The translations under genes were made by a program, and so were the position numbers. Below, piece by piece: positions 20,304 through 31,581 of a stretch of DNA of 64,000 nucleotides. The stretch covers positions 62,549-126,548 of the forward strand of contig CAVPJU010000002.1 in assembly GCA_963705505.1 (NCBI GenBank), in the 5' to 3' direction. Below the pieces are notes generated by a model. The model had not been told where the DNA came from, ran no database searches, and worked only from the letters and a program-made list of their open reading frames with translations. This DNA is from an uncultured bacterium (GTDB taxonomy: Bacteria > Desulfobacterota_D > UBA1144 > Nemesobacterales > UBA2774). The first letter of the stretch is position 1. Every line of letters starts with the position of its first letter.

Positions 20304-20421
20304 AATGGAGGTGTTTACCCGGATAATATTATACTGTCCCGAGCCCGATTATCACTTTCTATATATATGAAGCCGAATTAAGAGAGCCCGCACGCGCAAA
20401 GTCCGGTATCTTATTCAGCTT

Positions 20422-21105
20422 ATGGCGTTGAAGCTCGATGACGTAGTGCCTTTCGGGAGGTCGTTTGACGAGTACAGGCGGATATTCGCACTCACGGACG
20501 AAGACCTTGATAAAAAGATAATCAGCGTCGCCGACGGCCCGGCCGGGTTCAACGCGGAGATGAAGAGGCGGGGACATACGGTCACGTCGGTCGATCCGGT
20601 TTACGAATTCCCGGGACGGGAGATAGAGAGACGTTTTCACGAGGTCGTCGATAACATCATCGACCAGGTGAGAGCCACGCCCGGGGACTGGACGTGGACT
20701 TATCACAAGTCGCCGGAAGGACTGAGAAAGAACCGCGAGCGGGCGCTCGAAACATTCCTCGCCGACTACGACTCAGGGAAAGCCGAGGGCAGATACGTCG
20801 TCGGCAGTCTCCCGCGCCTCCCCTACCCTGACCGTAGCTTCGACCTGGCCCTCTGCTCGCATTTTCTTTTCCTATACTCGGCGCAGCTTGGATACGAGTT
20901 CCACAGGGACTCGGTCCTGGAGATGATGCGAGTGGCCGGGGAAGCGAGGATATTCCCGATCGTCGATCTATCGCCCGCGCTCTCGATTCACGTGGAGCCG
21001 CTCACGAAGGAGCTGCGATCCCGCGGCTTTACCGTGGAATTTCGTAAAGTGGATTACGAGGTCCAGCGCGGGGGGAACGAGATGATGCGGGTGTGGAGGG
21101 GGTAG
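20422..21105 (+). CDS. SAM-dependent methyltransferase-like protein
   Basis: GRSFDEY, DGPAGFN, VDPVY, LP....FDLALCSHFLFLY. Confidence 0.85.
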   Translation: MALKLDDVVPFGRSFDEYRRIFALTDEDLDKKIISVADGPAGFNAEMKRRGHTVTSVDPVYEFPGREIERRFHEVVDNIIDQVRATPGDWTWTYHKSPEGLRKNRERALETFLADYDSGKAEGRYVVGSLPRLPYPDRSFDLALCSHFLFLYSAQLGYEFHRDSVLEMMRVAGEARIFPIVDLSPALSIHVEPLTKELRSRGFTVEFRKVDYEVQRGGNEMMRVWRG

Positions 21106-21120
21106 AGGAGCCAAAAAGAT

Positions 21121-21172
21121 GAGATTGCCGCGCGGAGTTTATCCTGAGCGAAGTCGAAGGGCTCGCAATGAC
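21121..21172. repeat. Nested REP-like element (GAGATTGCCGCG ... CTCGCAATGAC enclosing TCCTGAGCGAAGTCGAAGGG)
   Basis: Both motifs recur at 56026-56120; the inner one also at 67-92. Confidence 0.6.
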
Positions 21173-21349
21173 AGAAAAAATAAATCGCGGCTGGTTTTCC
21201 CCAGGCTTGACCCGGGAACTCGCTTCTACAGTTATATTTTAAGACTGGATTCCCGATATATAGACTTGCGGGAATCTGCCCAATTCAAGCGTTAAAAAAA
21301 TCCGCGGCCGAGTTCATGAACCTACGGGGGGTTAGTCGAAATGACGTTC

Positions 21350-21931
21350 TTATCCGGCCAGCGCTTTCTCAATACGGCGGTCAGGGATTAGCCACATAGC
21401 AGCAACCAAGACGTACAGAGCACAGGCAAACCACGAATTCACAAAGGAAAGTGATATTGCCACAGCGTAGAGCACAAGAGATACCTTTCCCTTGAAGTCC
21501 CGGCCAACCGCTGTCGCTAAAGTGGAATCCACGCCCTGGTAGATTATAAGAGTGCGGGTGAGGATAACATAAGCGAACCCGGTTAATAACAGGTCCATCC
21601 CATAAAGCGCAACCGGCCAGGTACCGAAGTGGTTTTCACCCATCCATCCGGTAGCGAAAGGGATCAGCGACAACCAGAATAACAGGTTCATATTAGCCCA
21701 CAGAATACTGCCATTAATCTGCCGGACTGCCTGTAACAGATGATGGTGATTGTTCCAGTATATCCCGATGTAAATAAAACTAAGCACATAACTCAGGAAT
21801 TTCGGTATCAGCGGGCGCAGCGCACCCAAACCGGCCTCATGCGGTATCTTCAATTCCAGCACCATGATGGTGATAATTATAGCAATGACACCATCGCTAA
21901 ATGCTTCTAATCTTCCTTTACTCATTTGCAA
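21350..21931 (-). CDS. TMEM175 (DUF1211) family K+ channel
   Basis: RLEAFSDGVIAIIITIMVLE and YWNNHHH. Confidence 0.93.
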   Translation of the reverse strand: MQMSKGRLEAFSDGVIAIIITIMVLELKIPHEAGLGALRPLIPKFLSYVLSFIYIGIYWNNHHHLLQAVRQINGSILWANMNLLFWLSLIPFATGWMGENHFGTWPVALYGMDLLLTGFAYVILTRTLIIYQGVDSTLATAVGRDFKGKVSLVLYAVAISLSFVNSWFACALYVLVAAMWLIPDRRIEKALAG

Positions 21932-22040
21932 TCTCTACATTAAATAAATGTGTTAACCGCCGGGCTGTATATTACATGGCGCTGGTTTAACCTGATGATT
22001 TCACTGATTAATACAATATAGTCTCACTATACGAGAAGCG

Positions 22041-22547
22041 TTAGCGACTCTTGCGCAGGGCGCGTCTTTTGGGACCTCCGCTAACGTCCGGAACTTCTTC
22101 GCCGAGGGCTGTGGCCAAATCGATTTGATGGTCCTGCTCCTGAATCAGGATCTGGCGAATTTGTTCCGCCATCGCGTATTCCCCCAGCGTTTCACATTGC
22201 CGGATGCGATCGCGGTAATTGCGAATGGTTTCGTTTTCATTCTCGAGATCGTACCGGAGCATGTCTTTCGGATTTTTCGATGTGCGTACCGGCTTGGGAG
22301 TGACCACCGGCATTTTGCCGAGATAATCGATCTGCCGCGAAAGGATCAGGGCATGATCGAGCTCCTGCTTGGCGTGGATTTCGAGCTGGGCGGCGATGTT
22401 CATGTATTGGGCACCGCTGAGCACCTGGGAATAGACTACGTAGGCGATGATGGCTTGATATTCGCGGGAAAGGTCTTCGTTCAACAGCTCCGCGAGGCGG
22501 TCGCGGGAAATTTCGTTTTCGTTCGCGGCGGATTTGGGCTTAGCCAT
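22041..22547 (-). CDS. Ferritin-like / bacterioferritin-family protein
   Basis: LNEDLSREYQAI..Y, EL.HA and EQDH ferroxidase-type ligands. Confidence 0.88.
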   Translation of the reverse strand: MAKPKSAANENEISRDRLAELLNEDLSREYQAIIAYVVYSQVLSGAQYMNIAAQLEIHAKQELDHALILSRQIDYLGKMPVVTPKPVRTSKNPKDMLRYDLENENETIRNYRDRIRQCETLGEYAMAEQIRQILIQEQDHQIDLATALGEEVPDVSGGPKRRALRKSR

Positions 22548-22749
22548 TTGATTCCTCCTTTGAATTGAAAGACAGATTATGAATCTCTAACGGCACCACG
22601 ATCCCCTTGTCAGACGGCGAGTGTCATGTTCGGATGTCCGTGTGGGGAAACTCCCAGTCATGACCGGAGAAAAGGCGCGACACAGATCATCCTCTCCTCT
22701 TATACACTAATTTTTACGTTGCTATTCTCGCACAAAAAGGAGGTTTATG

Positions 22750-23499
22750 TCAAGGCGTCGAGCGGGCGAGCCAGTCATCGAAATGCGTCGGGCCGATGCG
22801 CGGGTTGTCGCCCGGGGTGAGGGATCGATCGTTTACCTCCAGGCCGTAGTAGCGCGCATGGGGGTCCGTAACCACATGACGCTCGTCCCGGTTTGCGCTC
22901 AGGTATCGTCTGACGAGCTCGTCGAGACGGATTTTTTCGGGACCGGCCACCTCGACCATGCCGTTCACCGGCGCCCCGAGCGTTACGTCGGCGAGCGCCG
23001 CGGCGACGTCATCCGAGACGATGGGCTGCATAAGGGCGGACGGCAACCTGACCGTTTGCCCGTCGGTTGCCTCTTGGGCGATGCCGCCCACGAATTCGAA
23101 GAACTGTGTTGAGCGGAGGATGGTATAGGGAATCCCGGAAGCTTTGATCAGTTCTTCCTGGGCCATCTTCGCCCGGAAGTACCCGCTCGCTTGAAGACGG
23201 TCGGTGCCCACGACCGACAACGCGACGTGATGCCCCACGCCGGCGGCTGCTTCCGCGGTAAGCTGGTTACGGGTTGACGTCACGAAAAACTCCATAACCG
23301 CCTTGTCCTCCCACGAAGGAGAGTTCGTCACATCAACGACAATCTGAGCGCCTGAAAGCGCTTCAGCCAGTCCCTCGCCGGTGATGGTGTTGACGCCCGA
23401 GGCGGGCGATGCCGCCACTACCTCTTGGCCAAGCTGACGAAGCTTGTTCACGAGCTTTGATCCGATGAGCCCGGTGCCCCCGATAACCACAATTTTCAT
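22750..23499 (-). CDS. NmrA-like / atypical SDR NAD(P)-binding protein
   Basis: VIGGTGLIG, YFRAK, ILRSTQFFEF. Confidence 0.9.
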   Translation of the reverse strand: MKIVVIGGTGLIGSKLVNKLRQLGQEVVAASPASGVNTITGEGLAEALSGAQIVVDVTNSPSWEDKAVMEFFVTSTRNQLTAEAAAGVGHHVALSVVGTDRLQASGYFRAKMAQEELIKASGIPYTILRSTQFFEFVGGIAQEATDGQTVRLPSALMQPIVSDDVAAALADVTLGAPVNGMVEVAGPEKIRLDELVRRYLSANRDERHVVTDPHARYYGLEVNDRSLTPGDNPRIGPTHFDDWLARSTP

Positions 23500-23575
23500 G
23501 ATTTGTCTCCTTGAATTTTTAATCTTGCCCGCGCGATGAGGCCTCGGTATTTTCGCCGTTAGGCCATTCCGGCCG

Positions 23576-24013
23576 TCACTTGACCGGCATTAGTATCGGC
23601 GCGCCTTTGTCCTTGACCAATACGACCAACAGTTTTGCTGGCTTGCTCGCGCTTGCGTTCCGGCCCACGACATGGACATCGTCGGGCCCCTCGTAAAACG
23701 TCTGTCCCGGCGTCAGCGTCACTTCTTTTCCTCCTTTCACCTGCATTATAACTGTGCCTTCCAGCACGTAGATAAACCCGTACGCATTGTGCCGGTGCAC
23801 AGGATCTGACCAGCCCGGCGGATACTCCACTGTAATCATTGAGACTTCCTTGCCTGGAAAGTCCGTCAGGTCTTTCGACATGAGCGGAACGACGTCAGCC
23901 TCCTGAGCCGTCACCGCGCTCGTCATTAGGAAAAGCAGAAGCAATGAGATTGTCGTCCTTTTCATCGTTGATTTTTTATACATTTTGCACCTCCGACTGC
24001 AGTTTTGGCACAA
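23576..24013 (-). CDS. Secreted cupin-domain protein
   Basis: PG..DPVHRH...YVLEG...GQTFYEGP..VH; signal peptide from MKRTT. Confidence 0.88.
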   Translation of the reverse strand: MCQNCSRRCKMYKKSTMKRTTISLLLLFLMTSAVTAQEADVVPLMSKDLTDFPGKEVSMITVEYPPGWSDPVHRHNAYGFIYVLEGTVIMQVKGGKEVTLTPGQTFYEGPDDVHVVGRNASASKPAKLLVVLVKDKGAPILMPVK

Positions 24014-24060
24014 AGGGCAGACCGCTTACGTACGTCACGATCTGCCGTGCGGTCCCGAAC

Positions 24061-24916
24061 TCAGGCCGCTTTAGAGCTGTTCTTAGCCGTCCCTATAAAC
24101 TCCAGCAGATCTGTGTTGACCTGATCCTGGTGTGTGGCCGTCAGGCCGTGCGGAGCGCCCGGATATACAAGGATCTTTGCTCCCTTGATAAGTTTGGCTG
24201 ATTTCTCCGCATGATTCTTGACGGGGACGATCTGGTCGTCATCTCCGTGCATCACCAAGGTCGGGATATCGAACTTCTTGAGATCTTCCGTGAGGTCGGT
24301 CTCGGAGAACGCTTTAATGCTTTCGTAGGCGTTTATTTGGCCGCACTGCATGCTCCAGAGCCAGAATTGTTCGAGTATCCCCTGGGACACCTTGACACCT
24401 TTGTTGGCGCCATAGAACGATATGGCTAAATCCTTGTAAAACTGTGAGCGGTCAGCGGCGAGCCCTGCCCGGAGCCCGTCAAACACCTCGATGGGCAGAG
24501 CCTTCGGGATTGGCTGCGGTCTTGAGCATAAGCGGCGGAATGGCAGAGACGAGGACGGCCTTGGCTACCCGCTTCGTCCCGTGACGACCTATGTAACGCG
24601 AGACCTCTCCGCCTCCCGTTGAGTGGCCTACAAGTACCGCCTCCTTGAGATCGAGCGCTTCGATGACGGCAGCGAGATCGTCGGCATAGCCGTTCATGTC
24701 GTTTCCTGAAGAGGTCTGGCTGGACCGGCCATGACCACGCCGGTCGAGCGCGATCGCGCGATAACCGTTACGCACCAAAAAGTGCATCTGACCGTCCCAT
24801 GCGTCCGTGCTCAACGGCCAGCCGTGGCTGAAAACTACGGGCTGTCCCTTACCCCAGTCTTTGTAATATATATCTATGTCTGCACCGTTTTCCTTACCAA
24901 CGTTAATATATGGCAT
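24061..24916 (-). CDS. cpo: Non-haem chloroperoxidase-type alpha/beta hydrolase (frameshift near 24495)
   Basis: [41 protein letters not shown] split over two ORFs. Confidence 0.85.
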
Positions 24917-25001
24917 TTTTACTTTCCCCTTTTATTTTATGTTGTTCTATGAATACTTTATGTTTACTACTATGTGCTGATTATTAACGAGAGGTGCAAC
25001 T

Positions 25002-25044
25002 AAAATAAGGAGGGAGTTTGTCTGCTAACTCCCTCCTCCTTAAA
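25002..25044 (-). terminator. Hairpin / probable terminator
   Basis: AGGAGGGAGTT...AACTCCCTCCT inverted repeat with A/T runs just past the 25047 stop. Confidence 0.5.
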
Positions 25045-25046
25045 AA

Positions 25047-25406
25047 TTAATCTACGTAGAGAACCCAACCTCCCGGTGTTTGCTCAACTCTACCCGTAAT
25101 CTTTACATCCGTATGGTTAGGGTTCATCTGAATCTTCATTAATCCTTCTTGCAAACCCTGGAGATAATAGACCTTGCCTTCCTTCGTAATTAACATGTGT
25201 GGATGCGGCGGCTCATTTTTACAAGGTCCATTAGCAATTACGGGATTAACGGTTCCCTTCTGATAATCGGGTATTAAGCAAATGACACTACCCTCTACTG
25301 TTACTGTCTCGTCCTTTGCAAAGCTAGAACTGACTAGTGAAACTGAGAACAAAATGACCAACGTTAATGATAAAACAACAGGGATATTTCTACTCATTTG
25401 TGTCAC
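25047..25406 (-). CDS. Hypothetical secreted protein
   Basis: AAGGAGG RBS, signal peptide, two Cys and PPHPH. Confidence 0.65.
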   Translation of the reverse strand: MTQMSRNIPVVLSLTLVILFSVSLVSSSFAKDETVTVEGSVICLIPDYQKGTVNPVIANGPCKNEPPHPHMLITKEGKVYYLQGLQEGLMKIQMNPNHTDVKITGRVEQTPGGWVLYVD

Positions 25407-25563
25407 CTCCTTTTATTAATTTGATTTTCTTCATACCAATTTAGATCAATATTTATGAGAAAGGGCCTATGCGGTCTCGCCTTTTAATAGTGAGGCTAGG
25501 CGAAACTGAATTTGGCGCATGGGGCGGGCGGTGCGCGTTGTGTGCACCGCTCACTCACTCAAA

Positions 25564-26793
25564 CTACCGCAATGATTTAAACGCCGCGCGGAGATCTTTA
25601 ACGATGTATTCCGGCTGCTCCCACGCCGCAAAGTGCCCGCCCTTGTCGTGCTTGTTGTAATAGATGAGTTTGGGATATGCCCGCTCTGCCCAACTCCGCG
25701 GGGCTGGATAGAGCTCGTCAGGAAAGACGCTCACGGCAACCGGGATGGAGACGCCTTTGGCATTGAAATACCCAAGTTTGCCCCAATTCTCCCAATAGAG
25801 ACGGGCGCCAGAAAGCGCCGTGTTCGTCAACCAGGTGATCGTGATGTTGTCGAGGATGTCGTCGCGCGTAAGGCCCTCGGCTTGTCCTCGAAAGACACGT
25901 GCGATCAGCTCGTAGCTGCGCGCGTCGTGATCAAGGAAATAAGCCGCCAAGCCGACGGGTGAATCCGCGATCCCGTACAACGTCTGCGGTCGCAGACCCA
26001 TCTGGAACCCGTAGGCGATTCCCTTTTGATAGACGAACTGCAGACGCTCGTAAGCGAGTTTCTCGTCGGCTGAGAGACCCGACGGCGCCGGCGCGCCGGA
26101 AAAGGCCGCCCCGTCAATATCGGCTGGAAAGATGCCGGGCATGTTGGTGTGGATGCCGAGCAATTCCGGGGCAGCTTGCACGCCCATCTCATCGGTGACC
26201 ACCGCACCCCAATCGCCGCCCTGCGCCACGAATTTCGTGTATCCAAGTCGCTTCATCAGCACGACCCAGGCACGCGCGATGTGGGCAACATCCCACCCGG
26301 TGGTGGTCGGTTTGCCTGAGTATCCGTAGCCCGGCATAGACGGAACCACCACATGGAAAGCGTCCGATGCGCTCCCGCCATGCGCCGTGGGATTGGCAAG
26401 CGGATCGATAATCTTCATCTGCTCGACGATCGAGCCGGGCCATCCGTGCGTGACGATAATCGGTAACGCGTTTTCATGTTTCGAGCGAACGTGAATGAAA
26501 TGAATGTCGAGCCCATCGATCTCGGTGATGAATTGCGGCAGGGCCTTCAGCTTCGCCTCACACTTGCGCCAATCGTAGTCTGTCGCCCAATAGCGTGCGA
26601 GGGCCTGAGTCGTCGCGAGCTGCACGCCTTGGGATGCATCAGCGACCGTTTCCCGTTCAGGCCACTTTGTCGCTTTAATGCGCCTGCGCAATTCGGTCAG
26701 TTCGGCTTCCGGAACATTCACATGAAAAGGACGAATTGCATCCTTGTCGGCCGCCTGCTTGCTGACTTGTTGTGTAGCACTGGTTTGGGTCAT
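25564..26793 (-). CDS. Epoxide hydrolase (EHN N-terminal + alpha/beta hydrolase)
   Basis: [43 protein letters not shown] before 26793. Confidence 0.92.
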   Translation of the reverse strand: MTQTSATQQVSKQAADKDAIRPFHVNVPEAELTELRRRIKATKWPERETVADASQGVQLATTQALARYWATDYDWRKCEAKLKALPQFITEIDGLDIHFIHVRSKHENALPIIVTHGWPGSIVEQMKIIDPLANPTAHGGSASDAFHVVVPSMPGYGYSGKPTTTGWDVAHIARAWVVLMKRLGYTKFVAQGGDWGAVVTDEMGVQAAPELLGIHTNMPGIFPADIDGAAFSGAPAPSGLSADEKLAYERLQFVYQKGIAYGFQMGLRPQTLYGIADSPVGLAAYFLDHDARSYELIARVFRGQAEGLTRDDILDNITITWLTNTALSGARLYWENWGKLGYFNAKGVSIPVAVSVFPDELYPAPRSWAERAYPKLIYYNKHDKGGHFAAWEQPEYIVKDLRAAFKSLR

Positions 26794-26959
26794 GGTATTC
26801 TCCTTTTGAGTAGTTTTATGCGAGGCCGAGCGAACTAAACACGCCAAAGCCGAAGGCTTGGGTCATTTCGGTCATAACGTATTGCATTTTTTCTCGCTCC
26901 TTCTATTTAGATTTGCTACTCACTTAATATGATGAATATTTATTCGAAAAGGATAGATA

Positions 26960-27694
26960 TTATTTTCTCCATTCGTAGAAATAATCTGAAAGTCTAATCC
27001 TTAAAAAAAGTCTTGCCCTGCGAATCCTGAATTTAATTGTATTAACTGAAAGTCCCAATATCTTTGCCACTTCTGGATTTGTAAGGCCTTCCACGTCCCT
27101 CAAGTGGAGGACAACCCTGTAGGAAGCCTGGAGCTCGTTCAACGCCTGCTCTATCTTTTCTATTAACTCTCGTTTGGAAAAAGAGACATCGGAGTTATGA
27201 TTCCAGTCTCCAAGGTCTAATCCATTAGACACTCCGTCTTCGATATTGGAGATATACTCCTCAAAGCTAAGGACGTTTCTGTGTTTTTTCTCAGCCCTAA
27301 GATAAGCGAAGCTTGCATTCGCAGTGACACTGTAGAGCCATGTCGAGAAATTACTTTCTCCATTGAACGTCTCCAGCTTTTCAACGAGTTTTAAAAACAC
27401 CTCCTGCATGACGTCTTCTGCTCCTTTCGTGTCACGTGTAATCCTGAGCGCAGTCCTGTATATCATATCTCCGTACCTGTCTACGATTTCGTTGAAAGCG
27501 CCTTCATCGTGAGTTTTGACGAAATGACCGGCAATTTCCTTATCGTTAAGATGTTTATAACCCGGCTCCGCATTATTTCTCTTCGGGTTTTTTCCTGCGA
27601 GCGGTATGGTCCGGGCTTGATTTTCCGCCGTGTATGAGGCCTCCGGTCTTTCCCGCACTGTGAGCTTTTCTTCTGCCGGATTCATATGTTTCAT
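26960..27694 (-). CDS. ECF sigma factor
   Basis: AEDVMQEVF, FSTWLY, LRDVEGL...EVA.ILG..VNTIK.RI.RAR. Confidence 0.9.
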   Translation of the reverse strand: MKHMNPAEEKLTVRERPEASYTAENQARTIPLAGKNPKRNNAEPGYKHLNDKEIAGHFVKTHDEGAFNEIVDRYGDMIYRTALRITRDTKGAEDVMQEVFLKLVEKLETFNGESNFSTWLYSVTANASFAYLRAEKKHRNVLSFEEYISNIEDGVSNGLDLGDWNHNSDVSFSKRELIEKIEQALNELQASYRVVLHLRDVEGLTNPEVAKILGLSVNTIKFRIRRARLFLRIRLSDYFYEWRK

Positions 27695-27758
27695 TTTTTT
27701 CTCCTCATATATTTCGACTGCAATTTATTGCCTGCACATCATCTGCTATTTCTAATAG

Positions 27759-27774
27759 TGCAAAGGTTGTGCCA
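27759..27774 (-). promoter_or_regulatory. sigma54 promoter TGGCAC-AACCT-TTGCA upstream of the ECF gene
   Basis: Consensus match 65 nt upstream of the start codon. Confidence 0.8.
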
Positions 27775-27871
27775 AAAAGTAGAGATCACTTAAGCCGCAA
27801 GCTAAGTGGCTAAATTACACTCTGTTTAAGTAATAATTTTTTCGTTCATTCCCTTTCGCCCGGCCGAGACG

Positions 27872-27891
27872 TGTTAGGAAATATCCTCACA
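27872..27891. promoter_or_regulatory. Candidate enhancer-binding-protein site TGTTAGGA-AATA-TCCTCACA
   Basis: 7/8 inverted repeat ~100 bp upstream of the sigma54 promoter. Confidence 0.5.
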
Positions 27892-28197
27892 GTCAGGAAA
27901 TGTAACGAAAAGGATTGAAATATTTTTTCGGATCACTCGACCGAATTTCAGCCTAATAGATAGTGTACTAACGGGGATAACTTTCGTAATAACCGGGGTT
28001 GACACGTGGCTGACCCATACTCTATTTGCCAACACATCGTAGGTTCTCTACATGCTCCCGCTTTTCAACCCCACGACGATTACAGGCCTCAATCTCGAAT
28101 AGTTTTTAATGCCTTCACGCGGTTGCACCAGAATCAAGACAGTCTTGTTTGGGGCAGGAAATGAATAAGTATCAAAGAGAGCAAGGCAGAAGCGGTA

Positions 28198-30523
28198 ATG
28201 CCGGATCATGAAACACGAATATTCCGGGGCCTGTTAGACCATATTCCGGATGGAATCTTTTTAATAGACCCCCAAACTGATGGATTAATTGAAGTTAGCA
28301 AAAGCGCGTGTGAACGACTTGGGTACGCCTATGATGAACTTGTTACCATGACCGTATTTGATATTGCCAAGGATTGGACACACGAGAAGAAAAAAGAAAT
28401 TTGGATGAAATGCAGCCGGGGAGATACTTTTCACCTCGAAACGGTCAAAAGACGCAAGGATAGTACAGTTATTCCGGTTGTGATACGATTCGGTTTACTC
28501 GAATACGGCGGACGGCAGGTTCTGCTCGCTACGGTTCGGGATGTCGCTGAGCTTCAAGCGGATGAAAGAGGCCTATGAAGCAGTCAAATATAAAAACGAG
28601 CTGATTTTGAACGCCGCAGGCGAAGGACTCGCCAGTGCCGACCTCGAAGGGAACCTTACATTTGTAAATCCCGCCGGGGCAAAAATGCTCGGCTGGGGAA
28701 TCAAGGAACTGATCTCAAAATCCGGACACGATACTATTCACCACACGAAACCTGACGGCAGCCCCTATCCGCTCGAAGAATGCCCCATTTACGCAGCTTT
28801 CCAGGACGGGATTGTCCGTTACGCGGATAATGAAGTATTCTGGAGAAAAGACGGCTCGCATTTCCCGGTTGAATACACAAGCACTCCGATTCGGGAAGAT
28901 GGCAAGCTGGTGGGAACGGCGCTGGTTTTCAGGGATATTACCGAGCGAAAATCAGTTGAGAAAACACTCAGAGTAACCCTTGATCAGTTGTCCAAAATGA
29001 ACCGGTACGAGTCGATAATAAGCGCCGTGACCAGAATTGTCCACAAGTCGATCGACCTCCAGGAAGTCCTGGAAAACGCCGTCGAAGCATTGAGTAAAAA
29101 CATAGATAAAGTGAAGCACGTTTCGATTTACCTGGTTGAAGGCGGAGAGGCGGTAATGAGGTCGTACAGGGGCTACCCCGATTGGTTTGTGGAACGTGTA
29201 AGAAGGATCCCCTATCCTAAAGGTTTTATATGGAAGATGATAACCGGCGGGAAGCCTGTATATTGCGCGGACGTGGATCAGGACACTGCTATCGGCCCAT
29301 CCGCCAGGGAAGCCGGAATAAAGAGCTATGTGTCCATGCCTATTTATTTCGAGGGTAAAAGTGTGGGTACTGTGAATATATCTTCCCTTCATAAAAATAC
29401 CTTCAATAATGAAGAGATACAGTTACTTGAGATTGTTGCGCAGCAAGTAGGAACGGCGATTAACAATGCACAGCAGGCAGAGGCGCTGCGAAATGCCCTG
29501 AGAGAAGTGGAGCAATTGACGAACAGGCTTCAGGCGGAAAACATTTATCTTCAGGAAGAGATTAAAACCGAATACAATTTTGAAGAAATTATAGGCCATA
29601 GCGCAGCGTTAGAGAAGGTAAAACGCAAGGTGGAACATGTGGCTCCAACAGAAGCCTCGGTCTTGATTCAGGGCGAGACAGGGACAGGCAAGGAGCTAGT
29701 AGCTCGTGCTATTCACAATTTCAGTCTGCGTAAAAATCGGCCGCTGGTTAAAGTCAACTGTCCTGCCCTGCCTGCAGGGCTTATCGAAAGCGAATTGTTC
29801 GGCCATGAGAAGGGAGCTTTTACTGGCGCCGTCTCTCACAAGGTCGGCCGCTTCGAGCTGGCCAACGGTGGAACAATCTTTCTGGATGAGATTGGGGACC
29901 TGCCCCTGGAGCTGCAGGCCAAGCTCCTCAGGGTCCTCCAGGAAGGAGAATTCGAGCGGGTAGGCGGCTCACGTTCCATCGAGGTCGATGTCAGGGTTAT
30001 AGCTGCTACGAACCGGGACCTCAGGCAAGCCGTGGAAGAAGGCAAATTCCGTCCAGACTTCTATTACCGGCTGAATGTCTTCCCGATACTAATTCCGCCG
30101 CTTCGGGAGCGAAAGGAGGACATACCGGTGCTTGTCAGACATTTCGCGATAAAATACGGCACAAAACTGGGGAAGAAGATTGAGACAATCTCTCAAGAAA
30201 TGATGGATGTACTGCTGGCTTATCCATTGCCTGGAAATGTAAGAGAATTAGAGAATATAATCGAGAGGGCAGTCATCGTCGCGCATAACTCCATCATTCA
30301 GTTTGATGAGTCTCTCGAGGTGCGACTCGATGCCGATTTAGATACTCAAATCTCAGGCACGCTCGAGGATGTAGAACGGGCTCACATCCTTCGCGTACTT
30401 GAAAAGACCAACTGGGTTATTCACGGTAAAAGAGGTGCCGCCTTGGTATTGGGTATGAATCCACACACCCTCCGCTCTCGGATGAAGAAGCTCGGAATAA
30501 GCAGGCCGGGCAACGATAGCTAA
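28198..30523 (+). CDS. PAS-PAS-GAF sigma54-dependent activator (FhlA-like); probably one gene with a frameshift near 28555
   Basis: PAS/PAC ORF overlapping a PAS-GAF-AAA ORF; GETGTGKE, ESELFGHEKGAFTGA, GNVRELEN, C-terminal HTH. Confidence 0.88.
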
Positions 30524-30748
30524 CTATTAGGGATCGAATCGTGAGGCTGGAAACCGCTCTTACTGACATATTTTAAGACTGGATTCCCGATTCTAAAACT
30601 TGTTTCGTCTGATCGCCAGAGTTAATTAACAGGATGCTATGTAAGCAAAGGCGTCCGATTGCTCTCTTGTTCGCAATCGTGGTCGGGAATGACAACATTC
30701 ACCATTAGCCAGAGCCTATGAATAGTTATAATATATTCATTTCTGACG

Positions 30749-31105
30749 GTGCATAAAATGACCATAGACGAATACATGGCGGCAGTCCCCCACGGGAGGC
30801 GCGGGAGGATGGAAGGTATCATCGGGAGGATCAGGGCGTGGTTCCCCGAAGCGCGCATCTCCATGAGGTACAAAATGCCCACTTTCGAGATCGGGAACAA
30901 CTGGGTCGCTGTAGGAAACCAGAAGTACTACGTCTCCCTCTACACCTGCTCGGAGGAGCACATCGCCCCTTACGTCGAGAAACATCCCGGCACAAGGTGC
31001 GGAAAGGACTGCATTAATTTCAGGGACCGGGACGAGATCGATTTTGAGGATTTGAAGGAAGTCATTACTCACGCGCTGAGCGGGAGAAAGGAGCAAGGAA
31101 ATTGA
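30749..31105 (+). CDS. DUF1801 (YdhG-like) protein
   Basis: TIDEYM...MRYKMPTF...QKYYVSLY...GKDCINF. Confidence 0.8.
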   Translation: MHKMTIDEYMAAVPHGRRGRMEGIIGRIRAWFPEARISMRYKMPTFEIGNNWVAVGNQKYYVSLYTCSEEHIAPYVEKHPGTRCGKDCINFRDRDEIDFEDLKEVITHALSGRKEQGN

Positions 31106-31308
31106 GGGAAATGAACAAGGTAATGTCGCTGTGTTAGATTTTTCAAATCCACCCTGACCTTATTTTGGATATAGCAACATTGAGCCTGAAGTTAATTTCC
31201 TTCAGTGCTATTCAGGATAGGGCGTCCGAATGCTTACTCGCTCGCATTCGTTCTTTACGAAAGGGGGGAATTGAATGAATCTCGGCTTCTGCAAAGGATC
31301 ATCGTATA

Positions 31309-31581
31309 GTGAACCTCAGAATAGAAATCTGGTCGAAGGATAATATGGAATGGTCGTTCGAAGGGGACGGCTCGGATGCCCAGTATCAGCAGACCGGACT
31401 CAAACTGCGCTCACTGTTCCCTGAAGAGGAAGAGCTCAACCTCGTGCTCGACCCGGATAACGTGAGGACTGTCCCGCTCAAAGACGCGGTCGAGGAGATA
31501 AAATCTCTCGGCGGCAAACAAAACCTGATGCTTTGCGACAAAAATTATGAGAAAATGATGATGTTCATATACAGCCGTTGA
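31309..31581 (+). CDS. Hypothetical protein
   Basis: 90-aa ORF overlapping the next start. Confidence 0.5.
   Translation: MNLRIEIWSKDNMEWSFEGDGSDAQYQQTGLKLRSLFPEEEELNLVLDPDNVRTVPLKDAVEEIKSLGGKQNLMLCDKNYEKMMMFIYSR

Larger units (their letters stand above)
21234..30591. mobile_element. Putative ~9.3-kb genomic island flanked by the 24-bp direct repeat ATATTTTAAGACTGGATTCCCGAT
   Basis: Exact repeat at 21234-21257 and 30568-30591; different composition inside; no integrase visible. Confidence 0.55.

Noticed and set aside
22041..22100. Encapsulin cargo-loading peptide on the ferritin-like protein
   Set aside because: The C-terminal tail lacks the L.(V/I)GSL motif and no encapsulin gene is nearby.
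28541..28578. Programmed frameshift between the PAS ORF and the sigma54 activator
   Set aside because: No slippery heptamer or stimulatory structure seen, and similar breaks occur throughout the window, so assembly error is simpler.
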